Part shown: positions 15,472 to 24,251 of the stretch, one piece after another | Layout of the letters: the number at the start of each line of letters is the position of its first letter | Position numbering within the stretch: the stretch's first letter is position 1 | Source of the DNA: a virus | Strand: one strand, 5' to 3' | IMG/VR virus record: IMGVR_UViG_3300045988_161129 | DNA: 40,999 bases | Made by a program: the position numbers and the translations under genes | The notes under the pieces: model-generated | The model's input: the letters and a program-made list of their open reading frames with translations, nothing else | Told to the model about the DNA's origin: nothing | The model's database searches: none

Positions 15472-16728
15472 TTAGTTCTCACTTATTTTTGTGCTGTACT
15501 CGTTGATGGACTCGATACGAACCATATAGAAGTCATTAAGAATAATGGCCGCTTTGGTTGCCTTCCATCCGGACGAACTTCTCTGATTAAGAGGATCGTC
15601 GCCGTAACCGAGCTGTTTGACGATGTGCTGAAGACCGCCGCCCGAAAGCTCGGTAGTGGCATATGCATTAGAACCGAGCACAATGGTGCTGAATACGGCT
15701 CCGGCGGTTTTCGATGCACCCTTTCCGCAAATGACCGACCCTGCAGGAACAACGGCCGCAAGAGCAGTACCAAGGGTGATGGTGGAAGTGCCGGTACTGG
15801 TATCTGCGGAAACGCCGGTGATGGTGTTGGCTACACCGTTAACATATACCTGAGCGGTAGCGGTTGATTTCTCAAAAATACCGTTGACCTTGACGGTGGT
15901 ATTAGAAGCCGCCGCATCAGCCGAAACAACGGCTGAATTTTCTCCGCCTTTAAAGATTGCACCGGGAAGGAACACCTTTGCTTCGGTGGATTCTACAAAA
16001 CGGACTCCGCCGATGGATCCAATCTCTCCCTCGAATATCTTGGTGGCGTTGCTGTATTTGTTAACATCGATCCACTCGTCGTCAAACGACATTATGTCAT
16101 ATGCGGTGAAAGGATGGATGATGGCAACATACTTGCCGTCAATGGTGGGTGCATTCTTAGCTTTAAGGGTTGCGGCCGCACGGAAGATCTCATCAAGGGT
16201 AATATGGCAGTCGGCGGTCAGATCACCACGGCTGTAAATAGGAGTTTTGCTGTTACCCGAAACCTTGTGGGCGTACTGAACATTGGTGCCTCCGTTGATG
16301 ACCTCACGGGTGATGGTGTCAAGGGTTCTGCCGGCCTGACTTCCCAGCACCTTAGTGCGTTCGTCAAGAATGGGATCAATGGTAGTGAGCTGGAGCAGGT
16401 CGGATGACTGAATCCATCCGCCGTACTGTTTAATGGTGGTGGTGATCGCAGAAACGCTCAGGTTCTGTCCCTTGGGGGTCTTCGCTTCGGTAAGTGCGGT
16501 CAGTGCCTTAGGCAGCGCGGCAGTTCTGCGGAATTCAATGGTTTTGCCGGACCCCGGAGGAATGGGTTTCTTTACGGCAAACTGGTCATGAATGAGCAGG
16601 GGCTCTGCACTTCTGAGCAGTTGGCGATCGTAATAAGTCTTCATCTCGGCCGACATGCCGGGCGAATCGGTGGTATCGGGGGTGGTAGATCCGTCAAACA
16701 GATTAAGTATGATTTTAATAAGTTTCAT
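15472..16728 (-). CDS. Major capsid protein, N4-gp56-like family, with an N-terminal leader
   Basis: 418 aa following the scaffold gene. The segment GSGKTIEFRRTAALPKALTALTEAKTPKG...IKQYGGWIQSSDLLQLTTIDPILDERTKVLGSQAGRTLDTITREV matches my memory of the N4 gp56-type capsid signature. The leader is MKLIKIILNLFDG. Confidence 0.8.
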   Translation of the reverse strand: MKLIKIILNLFDGSTTPDTTDSPGMSAEMKTYYDRQLLRSAEPLLIHDQFAVKKPIPPGSGKTIEFRRTAALPKALTALTEAKTPKGQNLSVSAITTTIKQYGGWIQSSDLLQLTTIDPILDERTKVLGSQAGRTLDTITREVINGGTNVQYAHKVSGNSKTPIYSRGDLTADCHITLDEIFRAAATLKAKNAPTIDGKYVAIIHPFTAYDIMSFDDEWIDVNKYSNATKIFEGEIGSIGGVRFVESTEAKVFLPGAIFKGGENSAVVSADAAASNTTVKVNGIFEKSTATAQVYVNGVANTITGVSADTSTGTSTITLGTALAAVVPAGSVICGKGASKTAGAVFSTIVLGSNAYATTELSGGGLQHIVKQLGYGDDPLNQRSSSGWKATKAAIILNDFYMVRIESINEYSTKISEN

Positions 16729-16770
16729 TTTTTTATCTCCCTTCTTTTTTAAACGGGGAGATGTCAGAGT

Positions 16771-17616
16771 TTAAAGTTTTATTTTTTCTCCCCGTTGGAC
16801 ACGTCGGGACACATCCTCAAGTTCTTCTTTCGACCATGAGGACGGGTCGCTCTTTGTCTTGGCAGGGGCCGAACCGTTCATAGCGCTTTCTTTCGGGCGT
16901 TGTCCGTTCGCCTTTACGCTGTCTGCAACGGCTTTTTGTGCTTTCTGCTCCACAAACTGAGTGTAAGCGGGCATAATCTCATCGCGATGGATAAGCTCGT
17001 ATGCATCGCGCACGGTTACACCCGGAGTCTGGAGCAATGACCTAAAACGATCGCTTTTCAGTTCTTCATTGAGGTTGAGCTGCGGATAGATACGCTGTGC
17101 GTCCTGCGCCTGCTTCATCCATTCGGAGACCTGTTTGTCAATCGTTTCCTGTCGCTGTCTTTCGGCCATTTCTCTTTTAAGAGCCTCGTTTTCCCTAAGG
17201 AGAGCTTTGCTGTGTTTAAGCTCATCCACGGGCATACCTTTTTTCATAGCCTCTTCTTCATAAAAGCTGTCGTCTTCATCAAGGGCTTTTAAAATGGCGT
17301 TCGGGTCGTTTGCGTCCACTCCGTATTTTTCGGAAAGGCGCTGACCGACGGAGGAAAAGGCTTTGAGCTGTTTCTCCGTTTCCTTTGATTTTTTAAGACG
17401 ATCGCTTAAGATACCTTTGACCTCAGCGTCAAAGATGTCTTTGAAGTCGGCTTTGAACTTGCTGTATTGTTCGGCTCTCGACGGTTCATCGGCACCTGCC
17501 GTGCCGTTGTTTGCAGGAGAGGTCTGCGCAGATACGCTCTCTGAGGCTCCGCCTTCGGAGCCGCCGCCCTCACCGTCAAAGAGATTGAGGACGATAGGAA
17601 TAAATTTTTCGAGCAT
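16771..17616 (-). CDS. Scaffolding protein (281 aa from ATG 17616; the track's TTG start at 17652 lies inside a regulatory repeat)
   Basis: Acidic, coiled-coil-rich ORF between the Prp and capsid genes. An AAAGGAG RBS sits 7 nt before ATG 17616. The leader is MLEKFIPIVLNLFDG. Confidence 0.7.
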   Translation of the reverse strand: MLEKFIPIVLNLFDGEGGGSEGGASESVSAQTSPANNGTAGADEPSRAEQYSKFKADFKDIFDAEVKGILSDRLKKSKETEKQLKAFSSVGQRLSEKYGVDANDPNAILKALDEDDSFYEEEAMKKGMPVDELKHSKALLRENEALKREMAERQRQETIDKQVSEWMKQAQDAQRIYPQLNLNEELKSDRFRSLLQTPGVTVRDAYELIHRDEIMPAYTQFVEQKAQKAVADSVKANGQRPKESAMNGSAPAKTKSDPSSWSKEELEDVSRRVQRGEKIKL

Positions 17617-17628
17617 AAAAAGCTCCTT

Positions 17629-17680
17629 TCTCGTGTCTTTCCACGGCGTCAAAAAATCTCGTGTCTTTCCACGGCGTCAA
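17629..17680 (-). promoter_or_regulatory. Two tandem copies (17629-17652, 17657-17680) of the 24-nt motif TCTCGTGTCTTTCCACGGCGTCAA (minus strand: TTGACGCCGTGGAAAGACACGAGA)
   Basis: Exact repeats spaced 28 bp apart, directly 5-prime of the scaffold RBS. A third copy lies at 21859-21881. Confidence 0.6.
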
Positions 17681-17698
17681 ATTAAAACGGAGGTGAGC

Positions 17699-18028
17699 TT
17701 AAAACTCATCTCCGTTAAATTCAATTAAATCTGGAAACTGTGCCTGCATTTGTCTAAAGCACATATCAAAGACCATAAACAGGTGAATGACTGTGCCCTC
17801 GTGTGCTTTTTTCGGCTTGCAGCTTATTTTTGCGCTGCCTTCCGAAAGCTTTATAACGGCCGTTCGCTTAATCTGTCCCATGTCTTCGCAAAAACAGACG
17901 TTTTGAGCAAGCCCCGATACAAGCGCGGATATTCCCGCGCACACAAGAGGATTGTTGTCCTTACCGTTAGTTGCGTGCCCAGTCACAGTTACCGTATGTT
18001 TTAATACACTTGATTGAATTTTTATCAT
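17699..18028 (-). CDS. prp: Prp-type (ribosomal-processing cysteine protease, DUF464-like) protease
   Basis: 109 aa containing GHATNGKDNNPLVCAGISALVSG, the His...Cys dyad signature of Prp. It lies between the portal and scaffold genes. Confidence 0.7.
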   Translation of the reverse strand: MIKIQSSVLKHTVTVTGHATNGKDNNPLVCAGISALVSGLAQNVCFCEDMGQIKRTAVIKLSEGSAKISCKPKKAHEGTVIHLFMVFDMCFRQMQAQFPDLIEFNGDEF

Positions 18029-18037
18029 ATATCCTCC

Positions 18038-19981
18038 TTATGCGGGACTTGAGGCATCGTTAGCTCTCTGTCTCGCCTTTTTAACCTGTGTGTTTTCGGT
18101 ATTGCTGCTGTCAAGATTTATGCTTTCCGAACCTCCCGACGGCATAGGCTGTTCCTCAATTCCGAATTGCTGTGCAATTGTGGGGAGGTAACTTGTCCCG
18201 AGCTCGCTGTCCGTAAACTGTGCAAGGCTCAAAAGCTGCTGCTGCAAAATCTGTATTTTTTGGAACATAAGGCCGTTTTGCTGAACCTTTTGCATAAGCG
18301 AATCTTTGTGCGTAAAGTCCATTACGTCGAGAAGCGCAAGCGCTTGGTCGGCCATTTGGGGATTGAGAATTCCGAGCTGATAAAGCTGAAGCATAAGCTC
18401 ATTGTTTGCAAGCTTGGTGTAAGGCGATGCCTTTTCGGCCGTGACTTCTATATCGAATTCGGGCACTCGATAGCCCTCTCCACCACCAAATCCCATTTCA
18501 AAGCTTTGCGCGGCCAAATTTGCATTGCTGTAAGACACAAATTGCTCGGCTCCGAGCTCTCCGACAATGCGGAAGGTGCGGGGAACGTCGTAAAACTGCC
18601 GTATGCGCTCGATACACTTTTGAATAATCCTTTTATAAACCCTGTAAGAGGCCTTAATCATATCTCTCGACAGCTTACCGCCCTGCTCCTGCAAGGCAGC
18701 GATGCCCGACGCGGCAGTTACTCCCGATACGCTCCCGCCGTTGTTGACATCTCGGTTTCCCGAAGTTTCTTTCATTTCGTCAATGCGCATATTGACGGTG
18801 TTAAGAACATTGGAGCCGATAGGGGAAACGGTAATCTGCCTTATATCATCGTCGGTAATGCCCGAGCCCACATGGACAAGCGGGTTTTTCCAATTCAAAA
18901 ACTCCTCTTTGTTGATTTGGCCGTCTTCCTTTATGAAAAAACGGGGAGTGGAGGCCATGAGAGTATTTGCGGCAATGGCCTTATTTATCATATCAATGTA
19001 TCTTTGAGGGTTCTTGCAAACATCAACATATCCAAAGGCATCAAGGGTTCCCTCCTCGCAAAAGAGCCTGTCAAGCTCAAAGGGATATTCCCCGTCGGCA
19101 TAGAGTCCTTTCTCTGCAAGCGGTTCACCGATGATGTTCCCCTCCTCGTCAACAATGGGGTCTGTTTCGTTTTCGGTCGCATAAAGCACTTCATCGTTTG
19201 CGAATTTGCAATATTGCAGCACGGTTTTTCCGTCCACGACGGTTTTGTAATACCAATCCACCACGGCCGTCTTGTTCGTCGTGTCCACACTATCGTCGTG
19301 GGCATACTCTTTAACCGTTATGGCGGGATTTGACAGCTTTCCCATAAGCTGTGGGTACTGTTGTGTGAGAGTCTCATTATCCACAAGAGTGACCACAAAT
19401 ATATCTTTGCTGTTTTGCAGGTCGGTAATGCCCGGCTCCCAAAACAGATTTAAAATGTCAACTTTCGATATTGCAACATCACCGAGCCCGTTGTGTTTTG
19501 ACGAGTCCCAAAACACGCCGTAACAGGCTATACCGTTTTTAAGCTTATAGTCCCATGCCGCCGAGTAGGTGTCCTCGAAATCATTCCAATCGAGGAGGGT
19601 AGGCATGATTGAGGTCAAAATTGTGGCCTCCTGCTTATCGTTCTCCTCATGGGGGCGTATGTTAAATTCGGGATATGCATCCATTGCGTCCGCGTGCTTT
19701 GAAATAATGCAGTTAAAGAGCCATGCGGAGTTTGAAATTTGGTCGTTGTCACCGCCCGTGTGGCTGTGTCTGAGCCTCCACCATTGCTCGTTTTCAATAA
19801 TGCGGTTTTCAAGCTGTGCTTTACCGTTTCGATATTTTTCAAGACGCTGTCTCGCTGCGCGTATCTGCTCAACACCGATTTGCTTTACCACTTTTTCCGC
19901 CCCAACGGCGGTTTCTGCGTTAAAATCGGTGCCTTCTTCAGTTTCATTGTTATTCTTTTTGAACCTATCAAAAAAGGACAT
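18038..19981 (-). CDS. Portal protein
   Basis: 647-aa ORF immediately downstream of, and overlapping, the large terminase stop. Size and position are typical of a portal. No motif was verified. Confidence 0.7.
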   Translation of the reverse strand: MSFFDRFKKNNNETEEGTDFNAETAVGAEKVVKQIGVEQIRAARQRLEKYRNGKAQLENRIIENEQWWRLRHSHTGGDNDQISNSAWLFNCIISKHADAMDAYPEFNIRPHEENDKQEATILTSIMPTLLDWNDFEDTYSAAWDYKLKNGIACYGVFWDSSKHNGLGDVAISKVDILNLFWEPGITDLQNSKDIFVVTLVDNETLTQQYPQLMGKLSNPAITVKEYAHDDSVDTTNKTAVVDWYYKTVVDGKTVLQYCKFANDEVLYATENETDPIVDEEGNIIGEPLAEKGLYADGEYPFELDRLFCEEGTLDAFGYVDVCKNPQRYIDMINKAIAANTLMASTPRFFIKEDGQINKEEFLNWKNPLVHVGSGITDDDIRQITVSPIGSNVLNTVNMRIDEMKETSGNRDVNNGGSVSGVTAASGIAALQEQGGKLSRDMIKASYRVYKRIIQKCIERIRQFYDVPRTFRIVGELGAEQFVSYSNANLAAQSFEMGFGGGEGYRVPEFDIEVTAEKASPYTKLANNELMLQLYQLGILNPQMADQALALLDVMDFTHKDSLMQKVQQNGLMFQKIQILQQQLLSLAQFTDSELGTSYLPTIAQQFGIEEQPMPSGGSESINLDSSNTENTQVKKARQRANDASSPA

Positions 19982-21402
19982 TAAAACACCTCTATTTTGC
20001 GATAATATTTGTTCACGTCAGGCTGAAGGTCGAGAGGATCATCAAAGACCGGCTGCTTATGTTTTTTGATAACCGGCTTAATCGGCCGAGCCATACACAT
20101 GTACCTTGTTTCGTCGGCGATATGGTCTTCAAGCTCGGTGTCAAGGTCTTCCGGCTTTGTCTCGGAATATATAAGCGTCGGAATGGTGCGTATAAAGTGT
20201 TTGCAGCTGTCAAAGACGTACATCATCGGATAGCCGTTTTCGTCAAATGCAAAGCGGTAATGCATTTGCATCCAACCGGGAATACGTGCGTTAACTCCGG
20301 GAGTAAAATATATACCATATCGCTTGGCAACATCGGCCGTTGATACGCCTTTTGAGCCGTCCCAAATGGAAGGGTCGGCCACCCCGTGAATAACCTTGCC
20401 CTTGAGCCATGGATGCTCATGCTCAATCCGTGAAATTTCGGCAAATTGTTCTTCGGGAGTCCATTTAACTCCCGTGTCGGGCTCGTTTTTAACACAGCCG
20501 TAAAGCTCGAGTATGCGATAAAGCCGCCCGTCATAATCAACAGCCCACCATCCGCATGAGAAGGGGTCGGAATAACCAAAGTCATAGGAGCGATATATTT
20601 TCCAATCGGCAGGCGGTTCAAAGCCCTTAATGACGTTCGTATACTGCCTGTCCTCATAGTGGTTTGGATTATCCACAAAATCCTCAAAAAACTGACCTTC
20701 AAAGATATTCCAATCGCCGTCAAGCCAGGCTTTTTTTAACTTTCCCGTCAGCCCTTCAAGCTGTTGCACATAATCGGGCTGATTTTCCATAAGGGGCTTA
20801 TTATCTTTAACTTTTGCTTGAATAAAGACATAATCATCGGGGTTTTCCGTTTCTTTAAAACGTCTGTCAATAAAGAGCCTTTTTACCCACGCATGACCCT
20901 GTCCGCCGGGATTGCAGGTCAGATACATTCGTTTTGGAAAGTTATTAACGCCGCGAAGGCAGGCGCGGAGCACTTCAAACTGATGTTCGGAAAGCTGTGT
21001 CGCCTCGTCGAGAAAGATACAGTCATATTCCGAGCCTTGAAAATTGTCCAAATCGCTATCCTTTGCGCAGTAACGAAAGGAAATGGTACTGCCGTTTCCG
21101 AAAGTAAACATTTTCTCTTGCTTATTATATTTTGCAATGCCCGCAAGCTCGACGCGGAGCACATCAATGTGGTTTGCGGTAAGCTCCGGATAACTCCGTC
21201 GAACGATAAGCACCTTTATTCCGTCATAATTAAGACATAGAAGCTTTGACTTGGTTCTAACCGCCCACGACTTTCCGCCGCCTCGTGCGCCGCCGTATCC
21301 TATATACTTCTTCTCAGACTCCAAAAAGAGCTTTTGCTTTTCATTTATATATGGAATCGAAATTACACTACTGTTACTTTGCATACTTTTCACCGCCGCC
21401 AA
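19981..21402 (-). CDS. terL: Terminase large subunit
   Basis: Walker A-like YGGARGGGKS, Walker B-like CIFLDEATQL, and a C-terminal nuclease-type region. The likely true start is ATG 21384 (MQSNSS...), overlapping the TerS stop. Confidence 0.9.
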   Translation of the reverse strand: MAAVKSMQSNSSVISIPYINEKQKLFLESEKKYIGYGGARGGGKSWAVRTKSKLLCLNYDGIKVLIVRRSYPELTANHIDVLRVELAGIAKYNKQEKMFTFGNGSTISFRYCAKDSDLDNFQGSEYDCIFLDEATQLSEHQFEVLRACLRGVNNFPKRMYLTCNPGGQGHAWVKRLFIDRRFKETENPDDYVFIQAKVKDNKPLMENQPDYVQQLEGLTGKLKKAWLDGDWNIFEGQFFEDFVDNPNHYEDRQYTNVIKGFEPPADWKIYRSYDFGYSDPFSCGWWAVDYDGRLYRILELYGCVKNEPDTGVKWTPEEQFAEISRIEHEHPWLKGKVIHGVADPSIWDGSKGVSTADVAKRYGIYFTPGVNARIPGWMQMHYRFAFDENGYPMMYVFDSCKHFIRTIPTLIYSETKPEDLDTELEDHIADETRYMCMARPIKPVIKKHKQPVFDDPLDLQPDVNKYYRKIEVF

Positions 21403-21835
21403 AGTCGACTTTTATCTCGGTGGCCGCATTTTCTTCCGTGGTCAGCTCTTTTATGTCCTTAAGTGAGGAAACAATCTGACGGAGCTTTTGCGTGTCCACA
21501 TATCCCGTCTGCTGCATTTGGCCGTCTTGTGTCAAAAAAACATCGAGCTGGTTTATCGCCAACTCGATTTTTTCTGTAAGCTTATCCGAAAGATTGAAAA
21601 TCCGCTCTTGTCTGTTGACATAATCGTTTGCCGCCCGTTCGGTGATTTTTTCTGCGGTTTTTTCAGCTAACATTTTCTCGATTTTAGGGGCCTGCTCCCG
21701 TTTTTTCTCACCCCACCGCTCTTTGTGAGCATGATATTTTACTGTAGAGTAAGGAATGCCGTGCTTCTCGGCCAGCTTTTCGTAGCTTATATTTCCGTTA
21801 ATATATTCATTTTTTACTTTCTTCCAATCTAACAT
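21374..21835 (-). CDS. terS: Terminase small subunit (N-terminal HTH)
   Basis: 153 aa with the HTH-like segment ISYEKLAEKHGIPYSTVKYHAHKERW followed by coiled coil. It lies directly upstream of TerL. Confidence 0.65.
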   Translation of the reverse strand: MLDWKKVKNEYINGNISYEKLAEKHGIPYSTVKYHAHKERWGEKKREQAPKIEKMLAEKTAEKITERAANDYVNRQERIFNLSDKLTEKIELAINQLDVFLTQDGQMQQTGYVDTQKLRQIVSSLKDIKELTTEENAATEIKVDFGGGEKYAK

Positions 21836-21858
21836 TTTTAATTACTCCGAAAATCGGA

Positions 21859-21881
21859 CTCGTGTCTTTCCACGGCGTCAA
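21859..21881 (-). promoter_or_regulatory. Third copy of the motif CTCGTGTCTTTCCACGGCGTCAA, 24 nt upstream of the terS start
   Basis: Exact 23-nt match to the two copies at 17629-17680. It lies in the 206-nt gap between the late-regulator gene and terS. Confidence 0.6.
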
Positions 21882-22041
21882 TCCCCACTCAAAGAAAGGG
21901 GCGGTTACAACGCCACCGCCGGGGCTATATAAAATAAGGAGGAGGACAGACGACAGGCACGGCGGCGAGTGAAATGTTCCGCCGTTCTTTTCTTGTCGCC
22001 AATATCATGTTAAAACAAAAAAAGTAACAAAAGTAACAAGG

Positions 22042-22464
22042 TTATTTTTTTTCGCCTTTTATGTAACGATAACAGGTCATCTTAACGCTACTCGCCGTGT
22101 TCCCGCCGCCGACCTTATACGCGACCTTTCCCCATGAAAACCCGTCAACGAACCGAAAGGACATAATCATCCGCGTCCTACTGTCGGGAATGGAGGCTAT
22201 GTACCGCTCAAGACGGCTCTGCTCATGAACGCATTGCGTGATTTTGCTGTCGACGATGGCCTCGAGGTCTGCAATCTCAAGGGCGAGGTTTTCAACCGCA
22301 CTTTGACCGCTGCCGGCAGAGGAGGGGAGACCGTTAAGCTTTGGGGACGATGCAACCCCTCTCCGTGCTCTGAGCCGTGCAAGCCGCTCCCGATCGTGCT
22401 CGATTTCCCGCTTTAGGTGGTAAAGCTGGGATAATTCTTTAAGGGTCATTCTTTCATTTTCCAT
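22042..22464 (-). CDS. Late-gene transcriptional regulator candidate (DUF1492 / RinA-ArpU-like, sigma region-4-type C-terminus)
   Basis: 140 aa. The C-terminus IPDSRTRMIMSFRFVDGFSWGKVAYKVGGGNTASSVKMTCYRYI resembles phage DUF1492 regulators. The position just upstream of terS is classic for such regulators. Confidence 0.5.
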   Translation of the reverse strand: MENERMTLKELSQLYHLKREIEHDRERLARLRARRGVASSPKLNGLPSSAGSGQSAVENLALEIADLEAIVDSKITQCVHEQSRLERYIASIPDSRTRMIMSFRFVDGFSWGKVAYKVGGGNTASSVKMTCYRYIKGEKK

Positions 22465-22567
22465 TTAAACCTCCTGCATTTCCTGCCCATTGCTCGGCCA
22501 TGGCTGCAGCCACACCGGGAAATGTCTTGCTGCGGATTTTTGCTCTTTCCTCTTTAGGCAAATACTA
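22454..22567 (-). other. In-frame TAG (22565-22567) followed by 36 open codons (YLPKEERAKIRSKTFPGVAAAMAEQWAGNAGGLNGK) ending at TGA 22454-22456
   Basis: Codon-by-codon check confirms the same frame as the upstream ORF. The extension ends overlapping the next gene's ATG (22464). Without it, an atypical 100-nt gap remains in a tightly packed operon. Confidence 0.7.
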
Positions 22568-23146
22568 TGCCTCGTCATACCATGCGGGCATTGTCTTTCC
22601 GCTGCTGTACCGTTTGCGCGGAGGAACGTCCACAATATTTGTGGGATTTAATTCGGGCAAGCCCTTCAACCAAAGACAGGTTTTCTTTTCAAAAGGGTCT
22701 CCGAACTGATAAGGGTTAATGATTTGGTTGGGCTTCCGCCATTCGCTGCTCATTATTCCGACAGGGTTTTCAATGGCGATTTTATCGCAATCAGCGTTTG
22801 CGAACGCCATGAAGAATTTAATGGCCTTTTCACGGTCTTTATATCGCTGAATTGCTTTGTCTCCGTACCGTTCTATATTGAACCACCTATTCCCCGTCAC
22901 GGTTAAAAAGGTGCACGGCGGAAAGGCGATGATCATATCCCAACGCCCGTCAACGGAGTGTTCCGCGCCGTCGGCGGTTTGAAATTTCGCAAACCCGTTA
23001 AGCAGCGGGAGCACATCACTTTGTATATGCCACTCCGGGTGTCCGCCGGAGCAGGGGATTATATCACAGCTGTAAGCGGTGTGCCCGAGTCTCCGCAGCT
23101 CAATTGTGACTGCTTGGCTTTCCTCGCAAGCAACAAGTATGTTCAC
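22565..23146 (-). CDS. DNA cytosine-C5 methyltransferase-like protein, interrupted by an in-frame TAG (see 22454-22567)
   Basis: FPPCTFLTVTG (PC motif IV-like) and IAIENPVG (ENV motif VI-like). The N-terminus NILVACEESQAV is typical of a short phage MTase-like family. Confidence 0.55.
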   Translation of the reverse strand: MNILVACEESQAVTIELRRLGHTAYSCDIIPCSGGHPEWHIQSDVLPLLNGFAKFQTADGAEHSVDGRWDMIIAFPPCTFLTVTGNRWFNIERYGDKAIQRYKDREKAIKFFMAFANADCDKIAIENPVGIMSSEWRKPNQIINPYQFGDPFEKKTCLWLKGLPELNPTNIVDVPPRKRYSSGKTMPAWYDEA

Positions 23147-23679
23147 AAATCCACCTCATTTCCCCATACGTCCCACCCGGGTGTTTTTTGACGGGCAAAC
23201 AGCTCAATGCGGGGGAGGTCTCCCATAAGCTCGATGATTTTGTCTCTTGTAACATCCGGCTTTTTAGAATGTGCTATTAAAGGCGCAAAAACAAGTTGAC
23301 TGACGCTATTACTCTCCCTGTGTGGTTTGCCCTTAACAGCAATGAGACAAGGCTCTGTGTTGCCCCTTGTCCACCGTCCAAGGCCGAAAAAATAACCGTT
23401 CCCGCTGCGGTTTTGCTTGACCCATTGGAAACCGATACTTTTATACTTAAAGCCCCAAGCCTCAATTACTTTCAATGCCTCTTTGAGCATAGGGTAAGTT
23501 GTCCAAAGGAAAAGCACACAATTATCCGCAGCCAGATTCTGCACCGGCAGACCGCATATATCTTCAACTCGCATCGTGGGGTAGTGGTCGGCGGCATTGC
23601 CGTTGCACCTTTTGTCTTGATAGCTCCACGGCGGGTCGGCATAAATGATGTTGTATTTCTTGTTCGGAAAAGGTATCAT
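23143..23679 (-). CDS. MT-A70-family N6-adenine DNA methyltransferase
   Basis: IIYADPPWSY (DPPW catalytic motif), a 178-aa compact phage-type enzyme. Confidence 0.85.
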   Translation of the reverse strand: MIPFPNKKYNIIYADPPWSYQDKRCNGNAADHYPTMRVEDICGLPVQNLAADNCVLFLWTTYPMLKEALKVIEAWGFKYKSIGFQWVKQNRSGNGYFFGLGRWTRGNTEPCLIAVKGKPHRESNSVSQLVFAPLIAHSKKPDVTRDKIIELMGDLPRIELFARQKTPGWDVWGNEVDL

Positions 23680-23692
23680 TTTATATCCTCCC

Positions 23693-23866
23693 TTATTTCA
23701 TGCCATATGCGCCCTTAACTACAAAGAAAAGCCCCGTGGCAAGAAGCAACGTGCCGAGTATGAATTTAAACGCGCTTATGTAAATAAACCCTTGTGACAT
23801 CACGAACCCGGAAAGACCGCATATCGCATATCCCGATATAAGCTCAATTATTTTTCTCTTTTTCAT
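23693..23866 (-). CDS. Small membrane protein (57 aa from MKKRKII)
   Basis: Two hydrophobic helices. ATGA start/stop overlap with the upstream gene. Confidence 0.45.
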   Translation of the reverse strand: MKKRKIIELISGYAICGLSGFVMSQGFIYISAFKFILGTLLLATGLFFVVKGAYGMK

Positions 23867-24021
23867 TTTTGTCCTCCTCTTTTTATTCCGCAAAACATAT
23901 CTTTAATATCATTCCACTCCGCAGCGAACCACTCTTTCCACCTCTGGCAGTTGCTGTAGTTGCAATCGGTCTTATTTCTCGGGCAGCACTTGCAGGGCCG
24001 CTCCCGCTTTTGTCGTTTCAT
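23863..24021 (-). CDS. Small Cys-rich protein (52 aa from MKRQKRERPCKCC)
   Basis: ATGA overlap with the upstream stop. Contains a CxxC...CxxxxC pattern. Confidence 0.4.
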   Translation of the reverse strand: MKRQKRERPCKCCPRNKTDCNYSNCQRWKEWFAAEWNDIKDMFCGIKRGGQK

Positions 24022-24251
24022 TTGATTGTCACCCCGTATTCCTGGTATAAAACCGCCTTGCAATCATCAAGGGACATACGCCCCTCCGCAAGCATATCGA
24101 ACACCTTTTCAATCTGCCGTAAGGTCTGCTGCACTTTTACTTTTCCGAAATGGAGCTTGTCCGTCAGCACGTTTGCCACAGCCACATACATAACCTGCGC
24201 CATATCCTCAATGGCTCTTTCCCGTGCCTTTTTGGTTGAATAACAGTTCAT
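24018..24251 (-). CDS. Hypothetical early protein (77 aa)
   Basis: ORF in the translationally coupled chain. Confidence 0.45.
   Translation of the reverse strand: MNCYSTKKARERAIEDMAQVMYVAVANVLTDKLHFGKVKVQQTLRQIEKVFDMLAEGRMSLDDCKAVLYQEYGVTIK

Noticed and set aside
22019-22040. Direct repeat AAAGTAACAA x2 after the late-regulator gene, and GTTAC/GTAAC-containing words near 32836-32885, as possible extra binding sites related to the CGTTACA iterons.
   Set aside because: Only a 5-nt core is shared, which is expected by chance in 41 kb, and there is no consistent spacing or dyad.
22565-22567. Genome-wide TAG reassignment (amber recoding, as in some gut phages) as the explanation for the in-frame TAG.
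   Set aside because: TAG terminates other well-delimited genes (14771-15142, 38106-38417, the giant gene), each immediately followed by a start codon or a terminator. No suppressor tRNA gene is visible.
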